In this document: piece by piece, positions 55,257 to 64,000 of the stretch
Numbering within the stretch: the first letter of the stretch is position 1
How the letters are laid out: every line of letters starts with the position of its first letter
From: a virus
Length of the DNA: 64,000 bases
Virus record (IMG/VR): IMGVR_UViG_3300024981_000252
Reading direction: 5' to 3' (one strand)
Notes under the pieces: model-generated
What the model saw: the letters and a program-made list of their open reading frames with translations, nothing else
What the model was told of the DNA's origin: nothing
The model's database searches: none
Translations under genes and position numbers: made by a program

Positions 55257-55693
55257 GCACCGTCACAGAGGAAATTTATCAGGCATGCGTGAGTCGATGG
55301 CAGGCGCTCGCGCTGCCCGGTGGCGCGCGGGTGTTCGATCGAACGCGGGTCGCGGCTTTCCTGCGCGACAACATGCCGTGCGTGCGGGTCCGGGAAGGTG
55401 CGGACCTGCGCGTGGGGCCGCAGAGCGACGACGTGGACGAGCGGGAGCTCACGCTCATGGCGGAGGTGTTCCTCCACGGCGAGACGCAGGACGCGCTGGC
55501 GGATCCGATTCGTCAGGCGCTTGCGCGTGCGTTGTGGGAGGAGCCGATGCTCGGAGGCCTGTGTCACTGGATCTCCACCGCGGACCGGCCGGCACCGCTC
55601 AGCGCGGAAGCGGATGGATTGCAGCAGCAAATCGTGCAGCACTTCCGGGTGCGCTATCTCGTCAAGGATTCCGACCTTTCCAGGCCGGATTAA
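55253..55693 (+). CDS. Tail terminator-like protein (copy 2)
   Basis: Identical to 14466-14906. Confidence 0.6.
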   Translation: MSTVTEEIYQACVSRWQALALPGGARVFDRTRVAAFLRDNMPCVRVREGADLRVGPQSDDVDERELTLMAEVFLHGETQDALADPIRQALARALWEEPMLGGLCHWISTADRPAPLSAEADGLQQQIVQHFRVRYLVKDSDLSRPD

Positions 55694-55708
55694 CTACAAG
55701 GAATTATC

Positions 55709-56443
55709 ATGCGTCAAAAGGCACAGTGGAGTTTCGGCGCCGGGTCGCTCTATTACAGAAAGGCCGGTGTGACGCCTATCAGGGTGGCAACGTTGCAGGG
55801 CGTGGACATCGACATCTCGTTCTCCACGAAAGACCTGGTGGGCGAACGGACGTTCGCCGAGGCGACCGCCAGGGCGGCGGCAACGATTACCGGGAAGGTG
55901 GCGAGCGGTCGCTTCGACGGCAGGGCGGTCGGGCAACTGTTCTTCAACGAAGAGCCGACGGAGGGCCGTATCGAACTGGTGTCCGAGAAGCGGCTGGCGG
56001 TACCGGCGACGACGCCATTTACGGTGAACGTCATCGGGGTCGGAGAGACGTTCGACAGTGATCTCGGCGTGGTGGACGGCGCGACCGGGGGTTTCTTCGA
56101 TCGGGTGGACGATGCTGGGGACCTGGTGCCTGGCAAGTACTTGGTGTCGGGCGGCACGTACACCTTCGACGAGGACGATGCCGGAAAGACGGTGCTCGTC
56201 AGTTTCATGCGGGGCGTCTCCGGCGGCTCGACCACCCTCATCACCAACCAGATGATGGACATCGCGCCGACGTTCGAACTGGTCAGTGCCGACAGCAAGG
56301 GGATGATGATCCAGCTCTACGCCTGCACGTTCAGCAAACTGACCCTGCAGCGCAAGAACGACGATTTCCTCATCCCGAACATGGAGTTCGGCGCGTATGC
56401 CGACGACATCCGAGGTGTCGGCCGCCTGTCAGGAGTGGTGTGA
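55709..56443 (+). CDS. Major tail protein (copy 2)
   Basis: Identical to 14922-15656. Confidence 0.75.
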   Translation: MRQKAQWSFGAGSLYYRKAGVTPIRVATLQGVDIDISFSTKDLVGERTFAEATARAAATITGKVASGRFDGRAVGQLFFNEEPTEGRIELVSEKRLAVPATTPFTVNVIGVGETFDSDLGVVDGATGGFFDRVDDAGDLVPGKYLVSGGTYTFDEDDAGKTVLVSFMRGVSGGSTTLITNQMMDIAPTFELVSADSKGMMIQLYACTFSKLTLQRKNDDFLIPNMEFGAYADDIRGVGRLSGVV

Positions 56444-56444
56444 C

Positions 56445-56801
56445 ATGCGAATCGTCATTCAGTACGAAGGCAAGTCGGTCGAGCTGGAATCGATTGCCAC
56501 GCCATTGCCCGGGCCCGAGCACATACTGGGAGACGTAAGGCTGGCGATCCCGGCGGCCTTGTACGTCGACATCCTCGCCTACAACGAGCAAGTCGAGGCC
56601 TTGAGTGCGGGATCGCTGGCCGCCTCGGCGTTCGGGCGGGCTCGGATCCAGCTCATCTACCGCACGCTGCTGCGCAACTGGCCTGAGCTGCCGGAGGGCT
56701 GGGTGCGCGCGCACCTGGACATCGAGAACATCGACACGCTACAGGCCGCGGTCCTGCGGCAAGGGGTATCGCCGGGGGAGGGGGCGGCGGAGAGCGCCTG
56801 A
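56445..56801 (+). CDS. Tail assembly chaperone G (copy 2)
   Basis: Identical to 15658-16014. Confidence 0.7.
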   Translation: MRIVIQYEGKSVELESIATPLPGPEHILGDVRLAIPAALYVDILAYNEQVEALSAGSLAASAFGRARIQLIYRTLLRNWPELPEGWVRAHLDIENIDTLQAAVLRQGVSPGEGAAESA

Positions 56802-56824
56802 CCCGAGGGCGCTACCACGAGCTC

Positions 56825-57064
56825 GTGGCGTATCTCTGCATGTCGTTCGGCTGGTCCTGGGAGTTTGTCGAGGGGCGGCTCGACCAGGATTGGCTGGGCG
56901 ACATGAATCGGTCTCTCCGCCGACATCCGCCGGTCCATCTCCTGGTCCGCTCGCTCTTCCAGGTCGAGGAAGGGGAGGACGAGCCGGATGCCCCCGAGGA
57001 TGACGACGCCCGCCGTTCACAGTTCATCGAGGCATTCCGAGGCCTCGGCGGCACTCTTCACTGA
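56825..57064 (+). CDS. Tail assembly chaperone T part (copy 2)
   Basis: Identical to 16038-16277. Confidence 0.65.
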   Translation: MAYLCMSFGWSWEFVEGRLDQDWLGDMNRSLRRHPPVHLLVRSLFQVEEGEDEPDAPEDDDARRSQFIEAFRGLGGTLH

Positions 57065-57072
57065 TCGAGATC

Positions 57073-59883
57073 ATGGTTGATAAACAGGTCAATTTCGAGA
57101 TCACCGCCGGTGACTCGAGCTTTCGCGCGACCATGGCGCGCGACCAGGCTGCGCTATCGGCAGTTGGCAACTCGGCCGCCGGCGTCAACGCGGCGCTGGG
57201 TAAGCTGAGCGCCGGCGCGCGCAACAGCACCCAGACTTGGGCCGCGCACCGCAGCGAGATCAACGCTGTCTATGCGGCGATGGGTAAGACCCCGTCCAAG
57301 GAAGTGGTGGCCCAGCTCGACCAGATCGAGCGGAAGTTCAATAGCCTGGCCAGCACTGCGCAGAGTGGTAACCGTGTCGCCCAGACCGCCCTCCGTGGGT
57401 TGCTGGCCGAGTCCCGCAAAGCTGCGACCGCGGACGCCATGCCCGTACCGAAGGAGGACGGCGGCGGCGTCATGAGCCTGATACGCGGCCGGGCTGGCGC
57501 AGCTGCGGCTGCGCTCGGTGTGGTCAGCGTCGCGGCGGCTGGGATGATGATCGCATCCCGTACCCGCGAGCAGCTCGATTATGCGGATGCGCTCGACGAC
57601 ATGGCGCAGCAGGCCGGCGTGGCAGCGAAAGATCTTTCGACGTTGACGTACGCCAGCCGCCTCGAGGGCATCGAGAACGAGGCGCTGACGGCATCGCTGG
57701 GCAAGTTGTCGAGCCGAATGTTGGATGCCAGCACAGGGGGGAAGGAATCGGCCGCCGTTTTCAAGGCCTTAGGTATTGCGGTCAAAGACCAGGACGGCAA
57801 CCTGCGTAGTACGACAGATGTCCTCCTCGACATGTCCGATCGATTCGCAGCGATGCCGGATGGGCCCGAGAAAAGCGCGATGGCCATGGAGGCATTCGGC
57901 AAGGCCGGGCAGGGTCTGATCCCCTTTCTGAATCACGGTCGCGAGGGTATCGAGGCCATGCGGGAGGAGGCCCGCAAGCTGGGTATGGAGTTGGACGATG
58001 AGACGGCCGCCGCCGCTGGCAACTTCAATGACAACCTGTTTCGCTTGCAGAGCGCGACCGATGGCGTTTTCAGGCGCCTGGCTGTGGGTCTCTTGCCCAC
58101 GCTGAACATCGTCACGGACGCGATGGTCGAGAACGCGAAGGAGGGCGGAGCGCTCTCGTACGTGTTCAGCGGACTCGAGGCGGTATTCAGGGGCGTGGTC
58201 ATCGTGGGCGGCGCGCTGTGGAACTCCATGAAGATCGTGGGGATTTCTGTGGTCGGTACCTCCCAGGCGATTGCGGCCGCTATCACGGGAAACTTCAGCA
58301 AGGCCCGCCAGGAGCTGCAGGAAACCGCGGAGCAAATCACCAAGACGCAGGAATCGTATGCAGAGTTCGCCCGCCGGGTGATCTCTGGGGAGCCGGCGTC
58401 ATCGTCCTCGGCACCCGCGGGGGTGCGGCCGACTTTCACTCCCGACGTGGGCGCGCTCGGGGCGACCAAGGCCCAGAGCCGCGTGTCGCAGTGGGATGGG
58501 GAGCTGGATCAACTCAAGGTTGCCCACGAACGGCAGAACGCCGAGAACGGCACCTTCATCCAGTTCAGCTTGGAGGCCGAGCGTGACTTCTGGTCGAAGA
58601 AACTCAACACCGTCAAGATGAGCGCGGAGGAGCGGCTCGCGGTCGAGAAGAAATACCTGGCCGCGTTGACGGGGCTCAACAAGGCGGCGTACGAAGCGCA
58701 GCAGGCTGACCAGAAGCGCCAGCTTGACGCCCTTGGCAAGAACTATGAGGCGCAACTGGTCCTGGCGCGCGAAATGGCGGAGAAGACCAAGGCGCGGTTT
58801 GGGGGGGATTCCAAGGAATACCAGCAGTCCCGCCAGCAGATAGAGCAAATCGAGCGGTCGCACCAGGACCAGCTCGATCAGTTGCGGATGCTCGGCTATG
58901 CGTCCGAGCGCGCTGCCGCAGATGCGGCGCTCAAGTCGGAAGAGCAGGACGCGCAGCTTTCGTATCAACTGGGCGCGATCAACAAAGAGCAGCTGCTGGC
59001 GCTGGAGATGGAATTTCTAGCGCGCCGCCACGAGCTCGATCGCCAGGCCTTGGAGCAGGGGCTGGCACTCGTCGATCCCGAGCGCGACCCCGTTGCGTAC
59101 AAGCAGCAGCTCGAGAAGCTACTCGAGTTGGACCGGAAGTTCGCACTAGAGAAAAAGGGCTTGCAAGGGCAACTTGCTGTTGAGCAGAACAACCCGTTGG
59201 CGAATGTCTTCGGCGCCGCTGGTCAGCAGTTCAACCAGGTGGCGAACGGAATTCTGAGCCGGGCTCAGACCTTGCGGCAGGGGCTGGCCTCGATCTATGG
59301 CGGCATCTATCAGAGTTTCATGTCGGAGATGGTGACCAAGCCTCTGGCGGGCGCTGCAATGCGGTATGCGCGTGAAACAGCGCTCTATCAGGCCATCTTC
59401 GGGGTGCAGACCGCGAAACAGGTGGCTGCGTCTGCCGTCGTTACGAGCACCAAGGCCGCAGAGGCCGCAGTGGTGGTAAATGCGAACGCGGCGGAGGCGG
59501 CTACCGGTGCAGCAGCCTCGCAAGCGGCCATCCCGGTAATCGGTCCAGGCTTGGCAGTGGGTGCTGCGGCCGCAATGCTGGCATTGGTGTTGGGTATGGG
59601 AGCAATCGCGTCGGCAGCCGGCGGATACGACATCCCGAGCGGTGTCAATCCGCTGGTCCAGGCTCACGCGAAGGAAATGATCTTGCCCGCGCGTTATGCC
59701 GACACCATCCGCGGCCTAGGGGACATGCCGGCCATCCTGCAGCAGGTTCTCGCGGCTCGAACCGGTGGCGATATCTACCACATCAGCGCCATGGACGGCC
59801 GCGACGTGGAGAGGGTCCTCAGGAAGAATGCTGGCGCGGTCGCGGGCGCGGTGAAGTTGCACAAGCGGAGGAACGGAGCATGA
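57073..59883 (+). CDS. Tape measure protein (copy 2)
   Basis: Identical to 16286-19096. Confidence 0.92.
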   Translation: MVDKQVNFEITAGDSSFRATMARDQAALSAVGNSAAGVNAALGKLSAGARNSTQTWAAHRSEINAVYAAMGKTPSKEVVAQLDQIERKFNSLASTAQSGNRVAQTALRGLLAESRKAATADAMPVPKEDGGGVMSLIRGRAGAAAAALGVVSVAAAGMMIASRTREQLDYADALDDMAQQAGVAAKDLSTLTYASRLEGIENEALTASLGKLSSRMLDASTGGKESAAVFKALGIAVKDQDGNLRSTTDVLLDMSDRFAAMPDGPEKSAMAMEAFGKAGQGLIPFLNHGREGIEAMREEARKLGMELDDETAAAAGNFNDNLFRLQSATDGVFRRLAVGLLPTLNIVTDAMVENAKEGGALSYVFSGLEAVFRGVVIVGGALWNSMKIVGISVVGTSQAIAAAITGNFSKARQELQETAEQITKTQESYAEFARRVISGEPASSSSAPAGVRPTFTPDVGALGATKAQSRVSQWDGELDQLKVAHERQNAENGTFIQFSLEAERDFWSKKLNTVKMSAEERLAVEKKYLAALTGLNKAAYEAQQADQKRQLDALGKNYEAQLVLAREMAEKTKARFGGDSKEYQQSRQQIEQIERSHQDQLDQLRMLGYASERAAADAALKSEEQDAQLSYQLGAINKEQLLALEMEFLARRHELDRQALEQGLALVDPERDPVAYKQQLEKLLELDRKFALEKKGLQGQLAVEQNNPLANVFGAAGQQFNQVANGILSRAQTLRQGLASIYGGIYQSFMSEMVTKPLAGAAMRYARETALYQAIFGVQTAKQVAASAVVTSTKAAEAAVVVNANAAEAATGAAASQAAIPVIGPGLAVGAAAAMLALVLGMGAIASAAGGYDIPSGVNPLVQAHAKEMILPARYADTIRGLGDMPAILQQVLAARTGGDIYHISAMDGRDVERVLRKNAGAVAGAVKLHKRRNGA

Positions 59884-60521
59884 CGGCCCCGTATCTGCCG
59901 CAGCGGCACTACCTCACGAGCCCGGACCGGGCGGGCGTCGATGGCGTTCTGCCGGTATTCGCGGGCCAGAAGTTCCTCGCGAGGAAGGCGCCAGTGTGGA
60001 GCACCGAGGTTTTCACCAGCCGATCGGGACGCCGTTGGGCCTCCTCGAATTGGCTGTATCCGATATGGCGGTGGGCGATCCCATACGAGTTCCTGCGGCG
60101 GCTGCCGGCGCGCAATGAGCTCGGGCGCCTGTATGCCTTCTTCAATCAACGGTATGGGCGCGCGGCGGAATTCCTGTACCTCGATCCGGACGATAACGCG
60201 GTCGTGGATGAACCGATCGGGCTAGGCGACGGCGCCACCACGGTCTTCCAGCTGACGCGCAGCCTGGAAGGGTGGGTGGAGCCGGTTACAGCGTTGAACG
60301 GCGTGCCGGTCATCTTGGTCGACGGTGTGCAGACGTCTGCAGTGACGGTCAGCGACCACGGCGTGGTCACGTTTGCCGTCCCGCCGTCTGCCGGCGCCCG
60401 GGTTTCCTGGACGGGAGGATACCTATTTCGCTGCGTGTTCACGGCCGATTCCATCGAGCCTGCGCAGGCGTTTCGCAGCGTGTGGACGCTGTCCCAGCTT
60501 GAGTTCGAGACCTTCAAATGA
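59880..60521 (+). CDS. DUF2460 distal tail protein (copy 2)
   Basis: Identical to 19093-19734. Confidence 0.85.
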   Translation: MTAPYLPQRHYLTSPDRAGVDGVLPVFAGQKFLARKAPVWSTEVFTSRSGRRWASSNWLYPIWRWAIPYEFLRRLPARNELGRLYAFFNQRYGRAAEFLYLDPDDNAVVDEPIGLGDGATTVFQLTRSLEGWVEPVTALNGVPVILVDGVQTSAVTVSDHGVVTFAVPPSAGARVSWTGGYLFRCVFTADSIEPAQAFRSVWTLSQLEFETFK

Positions 60522-61375
60522 TCGAGCTATCTCCCGAGCTCCGGGCCTTCCTGAGGTCCAGCCGGAGCTTTCGTATGGCGGATCTCTACACCTTTACGCT
60601 GACGGATGGGTCCGGGCTCCAGTGGACGGATTCCGATCGCACCATCCGTGTCGGAGACCGGGTGTTCCTGGCAAATGGGGCGCTGATCGAGCGTACCGGT
60701 ATCAAGCTGACCCGTGGCATCGAAACCCGGACGCTCAGCGTAACGCTGACGCCGACCGCCGACGTCACGGTTGCCGGGCGCGCCCTGGCGCCGTTCGTCG
60801 TTCGCGGTGGCTTCGATGGTGCCGACGTGTTGCTCGAGCGGGCGTTCCTGACGCTGGCGGGCGACCTGGTGGGGACGGTGGTGCGCTTCCGCGGCCGGGT
60901 GGGGCCGATCGATGACGCGACAGCCGACGAAATTCCGCTGACGGTGGTCAGCCGCACGCACGTCCTGGATACCGCCATGCCGGCGGACCTGTACCAGCGG
61001 GGATGCCTCAACACCCTGTTCGATCACGCATGCGGGCTGAACCGAGCCGACTTTGCGGTCGACGGTGTGGTGATGGGAACGCCCACCGATCGGGCGTTCG
61101 GCACGGACCTGGCCGCAGGGGCGGGCTATTTCACCCTGGGCCGGATCCTGATCGGCGGCGTGCTGCGCAGCATTCGGACGCACGAGGCGGGCGGCCACCT
61201 GACTCTGTCGCTACCCCTGCCGGCGGTGCCGTCCGCTGGTACGCCGTTCATTGCCTGGCCGGGCTGCGATGGGCAGCAGGCCACGTGCGAGAACAAGTTC
61301 AACAACAACCGGGGATCCGGGCGCAATCGCTTTCGCGGTCAGCCCTACATCCCTGTCGTGGAGACCGCTGTATGA
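60518..61375 (+). CDS. DUF2163/BR0599 hub protein (copy 2)
   Basis: Identical to 19731-20588. Confidence 0.88.
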   Translation: MIELSPELRAFLRSSRSFRMADLYTFTLTDGSGLQWTDSDRTIRVGDRVFLANGALIERTGIKLTRGIETRTLSVTLTPTADVTVAGRALAPFVVRGGFDGADVLLERAFLTLAGDLVGTVVRFRGRVGPIDDATADEIPLTVVSRTHVLDTAMPADLYQRGCLNTLFDHACGLNRADFAVDGVVMGTPTDRAFGTDLAAGAGYFTLGRILIGGVLRSIRTHEAGGHLTLSLPLPAVPSAGTPFIAWPGCDGQQATCENKFNNNRGSGRNRFRGQPYIPVVETAV

Positions 61376-61836
61376 ACGCGATCGCCTACCTGGCCGAACA
61401 CGCGTCGGAGGCCGAGGTGCGCGCCGCCATCGTGGCCGAGGCCCACCTGTGGCTGCGAACCCCGTATCACCATCGCGGCCGCGTACGGGGTGTCGGGGTG
61501 GACTGCGCGATGTTGCTGGCCGAGGTGTACGAGCGTGTCGGCCTCGTCCCGCACATCGATGCGGAGTATGTGCCGGACTGGCACATGCACCGGGATCGGG
61601 AGCGGTATCTCGAGTTCCTCGAGCGGTACGCCGACGAAGTGCCCGTGCCAGCGCCGGGCGACGCGGCGGTCTGGCGGTTCGGGCGGACGTTCTCCCATGG
61701 CGCGATCGTGATCGACGGCCACCAGGTCATCCATGCCCATCGCGGTCGGCCCGTGGAGATCGCGAGCATGGAGGAGACGTATCTGGCTTCGCGTCCCGTG
61801 CGGTTCTTCTCGCTCTGGAGCCGCCATGGGTGGTAG
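61372..61836 (+). CDS. NlpC/P60 peptidase (copy 2)
   Basis: Identical to 20585-21049. Confidence 0.9.
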   Translation: MNAIAYLAEHASEAEVRAAIVAEAHLWLRTPYHHRGRVRGVGVDCAMLLAEVYERVGLVPHIDAEYVPDWHMHRDRERYLEFLERYADEVPVPAPGDAAVWRFGRTFSHGAIVIDGHQVIHAHRGRPVEIASMEETYLASRPVRFFSLWSRHGW

Positions 61837-64000
61837 CTCGACCATCTCGACCGTCGATCCGAAGATCGGCGGATTCGCGATCCAGAAATCCGCCCTGGGT
61901 ATTGCGATCGCGCGGTGCTGGGGGACCGTGCGTTTCGGCGGGAACCTGCTGTCCTATCTGAATTTCCAGGCCATCGAGAACAAGACGGAGCAATCCGCCG
62001 GCGGCAAGGGTGGGGACGTTACCCAGACGAACATCGCCTGGACGTACCGTGCCGCCGTCATGATCGGCCTGTGTGCGGGCCCGATCGCGGGGATTCGGGC
62101 GGTCTATCGCGACAAAGCGGTGTTCAACGATAGCGAGGCCGAGGGCTCCGCATTGGCCCAAGCGGGGCTGAGCCTGGCGATCGGCCATCTTGGGCAGGCG
62201 CCATGGGGCTATCTCGTCACGAACTACCTGGACCAGGCGATCGGCTATTCGGGGCTGGCCTACGCCTATGCTGCCGACTATCAGCTCAACAGCAATGCAG
62301 GCCTGCAGAATCACACGTTCGAGGTTCAGAGCCTGATCCGGGTCGAAGGAAAGGACGATGCGAATCCCGCCGACATCGTCGACGACTTTCTAAACCATCC
62401 GGTCGCCGGCGTCCCCGGGTGGGGTGCGGACTGGCTGGAGGACCTGACGGACTACCGGACGTACTGCCTGGCCGCCGGGCTGCTGCTGTCTCCCGTTCTG
62501 ACCGAGCAACGCTCTGGCGCGGAATTCCTCTCGGAGATCGCTTCGGCGTCCAACTCGGAAATCGTCGAGAGCGCGGGGCGCCTGCGGTTCGTGCCCTACG
62601 GGGATGCGGCCTTGTCGGGAAATGGCGCCACGTGGGCACCCGACATGACGCCCCTTTACGACCTGGGGGCGGACGATTTCGAGTCTCGTTTGAGACTGTC
62701 TCGCAAGGATCCGGCCGATGTCTACAACTGTACCCAGGTCGAATTCTGGAACCGGCAGAACCAATACAACCCGGAGACCATGCCGGCGCCCGATGCTGCG
62801 CACATCGAACAGTACGGGCTACGGAAAGAGGATCCGGTCGCGTTGCATTGCATCTGCGATCCCGCGGTGGCCAGGCTGGTGGCGCAGCTTCGGCTTCAAC
62901 GCAATTTGACCGGGCAGAACACCTATGTTGGGGTGCTGCCCTGGAACTACGTCGACCTCGAACCGATGGACCTGGTCACGCTGACCGAGGAGGAACTCGG
63001 TCTCGACCGCCAGCTCGCGCGGGTGATCGAGGTCGACGAGGACGGCGATGGGCTCCTGCAGGTCACATTCGAGGAGCTCGACGTCGGAGCGGCCAGTGCG
63101 GCGCTGTATCCGTCCCAGGGTGGGGCCGGTGGTTCGGTGAACTGGCAGGCGGCGCCCGGCAGCATATCGATTCCGGCGCTCTTCAATCCGCCCGAGTCGC
63201 TGCTGGGCGGGACGCTGCAGGTGTGGGCGGCTGTGGCAGGCCTCTCGCCGAACTGGGGCGGCTGCGATGTATGGGCGAGCGCGGACGGAGATACGTACAA
63301 ACGGATCGGCACGATCAACGGGCGGGCCCGGTACGGCGTAACCACGACATCCCTGCCGGCGGGCGCGGATCCGGACACGAGCCATAGCGTTGGCGTCGAT
63401 CTATCGGCATCCGGAGGAATCCTGCAGAGTGCCACCGCGGCCGAAGCCGAGGCCGCATTGACGTTGTGCTGGGTCGGCGGCGAGCTGATCGCCTATCGCG
63501 ACGCGACGCTGACGGCGGCGAGTCGGTACACGCTGGGAGGCTACCTGCGTCGGGGGCTCTATGGGACGCCATCGACCAGCCACGCGGCTGGAACGTCGTT
63601 CGTGCGGCTGGATGCTTCTCTATTCCGGTTCGACTTCCTACCGGAGCAGGTCGGCACATCCATCTTCGTCAAATTCGCTAGCTTCAACGTGTTCGGCAAG
63701 GCTGGACAGCCAATCGATGGGCTGCCGGCGTACGAGGTGACCCTGTCGGCGCAGAGGGCGGCACCTGGTCCCGCGCACGACCTGGCGCTGCAGGCGCCGT
63801 TCGAGGGCACGTATTTCACGGTGACGTGGGTGGCGGGGGAGCGAACCGAGCACTCGCGCGTGCGGGTGCTGGACGGCGCGACGGTGCTGCGGGAGATCCA
63901 GACGACGGCCACGGCGTTCACCTATCAGCTCGAGGACGCCGAGGCCGATGCCGTGGTCAAGCGGGACTACATCGTTCAGGTGGTGGCCAGCAACGCCGCC
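61826..64000 (+). CDS. Central tail tip protein (copy 2, truncated by window end)
   Basis: Matches the 5' part of 21039-23552. Confidence 0.85.
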   Translation, partial: MGGSSTISTVDPKIGGFAIQKSALGIAIARCWGTVRFGGNLLSYLNFQAIENKTEQSAGGKGGDVTQTNIAWTYRAAVMIGLCAGPIAGIRAVYRDKAVFNDSEAEGSALAQAGLSLAIGHLGQAPWGYLVTNYLDQAIGYSGLAYAYAADYQLNSNAGLQNHTFEVQSLIRVEGKDDANPADIVDDFLNHPVAGVPGWGADWLEDLTDYRTYCLAAGLLLSPVLTEQRSGAEFLSEIASASNSEIVESAGRLRFVPYGDAALSGNGATWAPDMTPLYDLGADDFESRLRLSRKDPADVYNCTQVEFWNRQNQYNPETMPAPDAAHIEQYGLRKEDPVALHCICDPAVARLVAQLRLQRNLTGQNTYVGVLPWNYVDLEPMDLVTLTEEELGLDRQLARVIEVDEDGDGLLQVTFEELDVGAASAALYPSQGGAGGSVNWQAAPGSISIPALFNPPESLLGGTLQVWAAVAGLSPNWGGCDVWASADGDTYKRIGTINGRARYGVTTTSLPAGADPDTSHSVGVDLSASGGILQSATAAEAEAALTLCWVGGELIAYRDATLTAASRYTLGGYLRRGLYGTPSTSHAAGTSFVRLDASLFRFDFLPEQVGTSIFVKFASFNVFGKAGQPIDGLPAYEVTLSAQRAAPGPAHDLALQAPFEGTYFTVTWVAGERTEHSRVRVLDGATVLREIQTTATAFTYQLEDAEADAVVKRDYIVQVVASNAA

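Larger units (their letters stand above)
40788..64000. repeat. Direct repeat of bases 1-23213 (second, partial genome copy)
   Basis: ORFs recur with offset +40787 and identical translations (e.g. 7931-9925 / 48718-50712; 16286-19096 / 57073-59883). Confidence 0.98.

Noticed and set aside
40788-64000. A second, related but distinct prophage
   Set aside because: All compared ORFs are identical at a constant offset, so it is the same genome repeated.
1-64000. CRISPR array, rRNA, IS elements
   Set aside because: No spaced direct-repeat array, rRNA-like sequence or transposase motifs observed.

Overview
The window is about 1.57 head-to-tail copies of one 40,787-bp temperate, lambda-like (cos-type, siphovirus-like) phage genome. 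Bases 1-23,213 recur at 40,788-64,000, with identical ORF translations wherever compared. No host DNA is visible and the attP/integrase region is intact, so this is a circular or concatemeric phage sequence (or an assembly wrap-around), not an integrated single prophage. GC is high (mid/high 60s % by eye) and the SSB looks betaproteobacterial (inference). Gene order: left early operon, immunity region (lipoprotein, cI, cro, CII), a replication gene lacking its N-terminal domain, Q, cos, TerS/TerL, portal, protease-capsid fusion, tail, a lower-GC receptor-binding module, lysis cassette, a low-GC ABC-ATPase/TOPRIM moron, attP/integrase, and the convergent left operon (AlpA, modular proteins, methyltransferase, DUF5131, SSB, two ParB-like genes). 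The most unusual signals are: (1) a ~300-nt hairpin-rich non-coding element sitting where the DNA-binding half of the replication initiator should be; (2) a single-gene ATPase-TOPRIM (OLD/PARIS-like) defence candidate; (3) beads-on-a-string early proteins, one with MazG-like modules; (4) a deacetylase-like tail accessory protein. All family assignments come from recognising motifs by eye; no database search was run.
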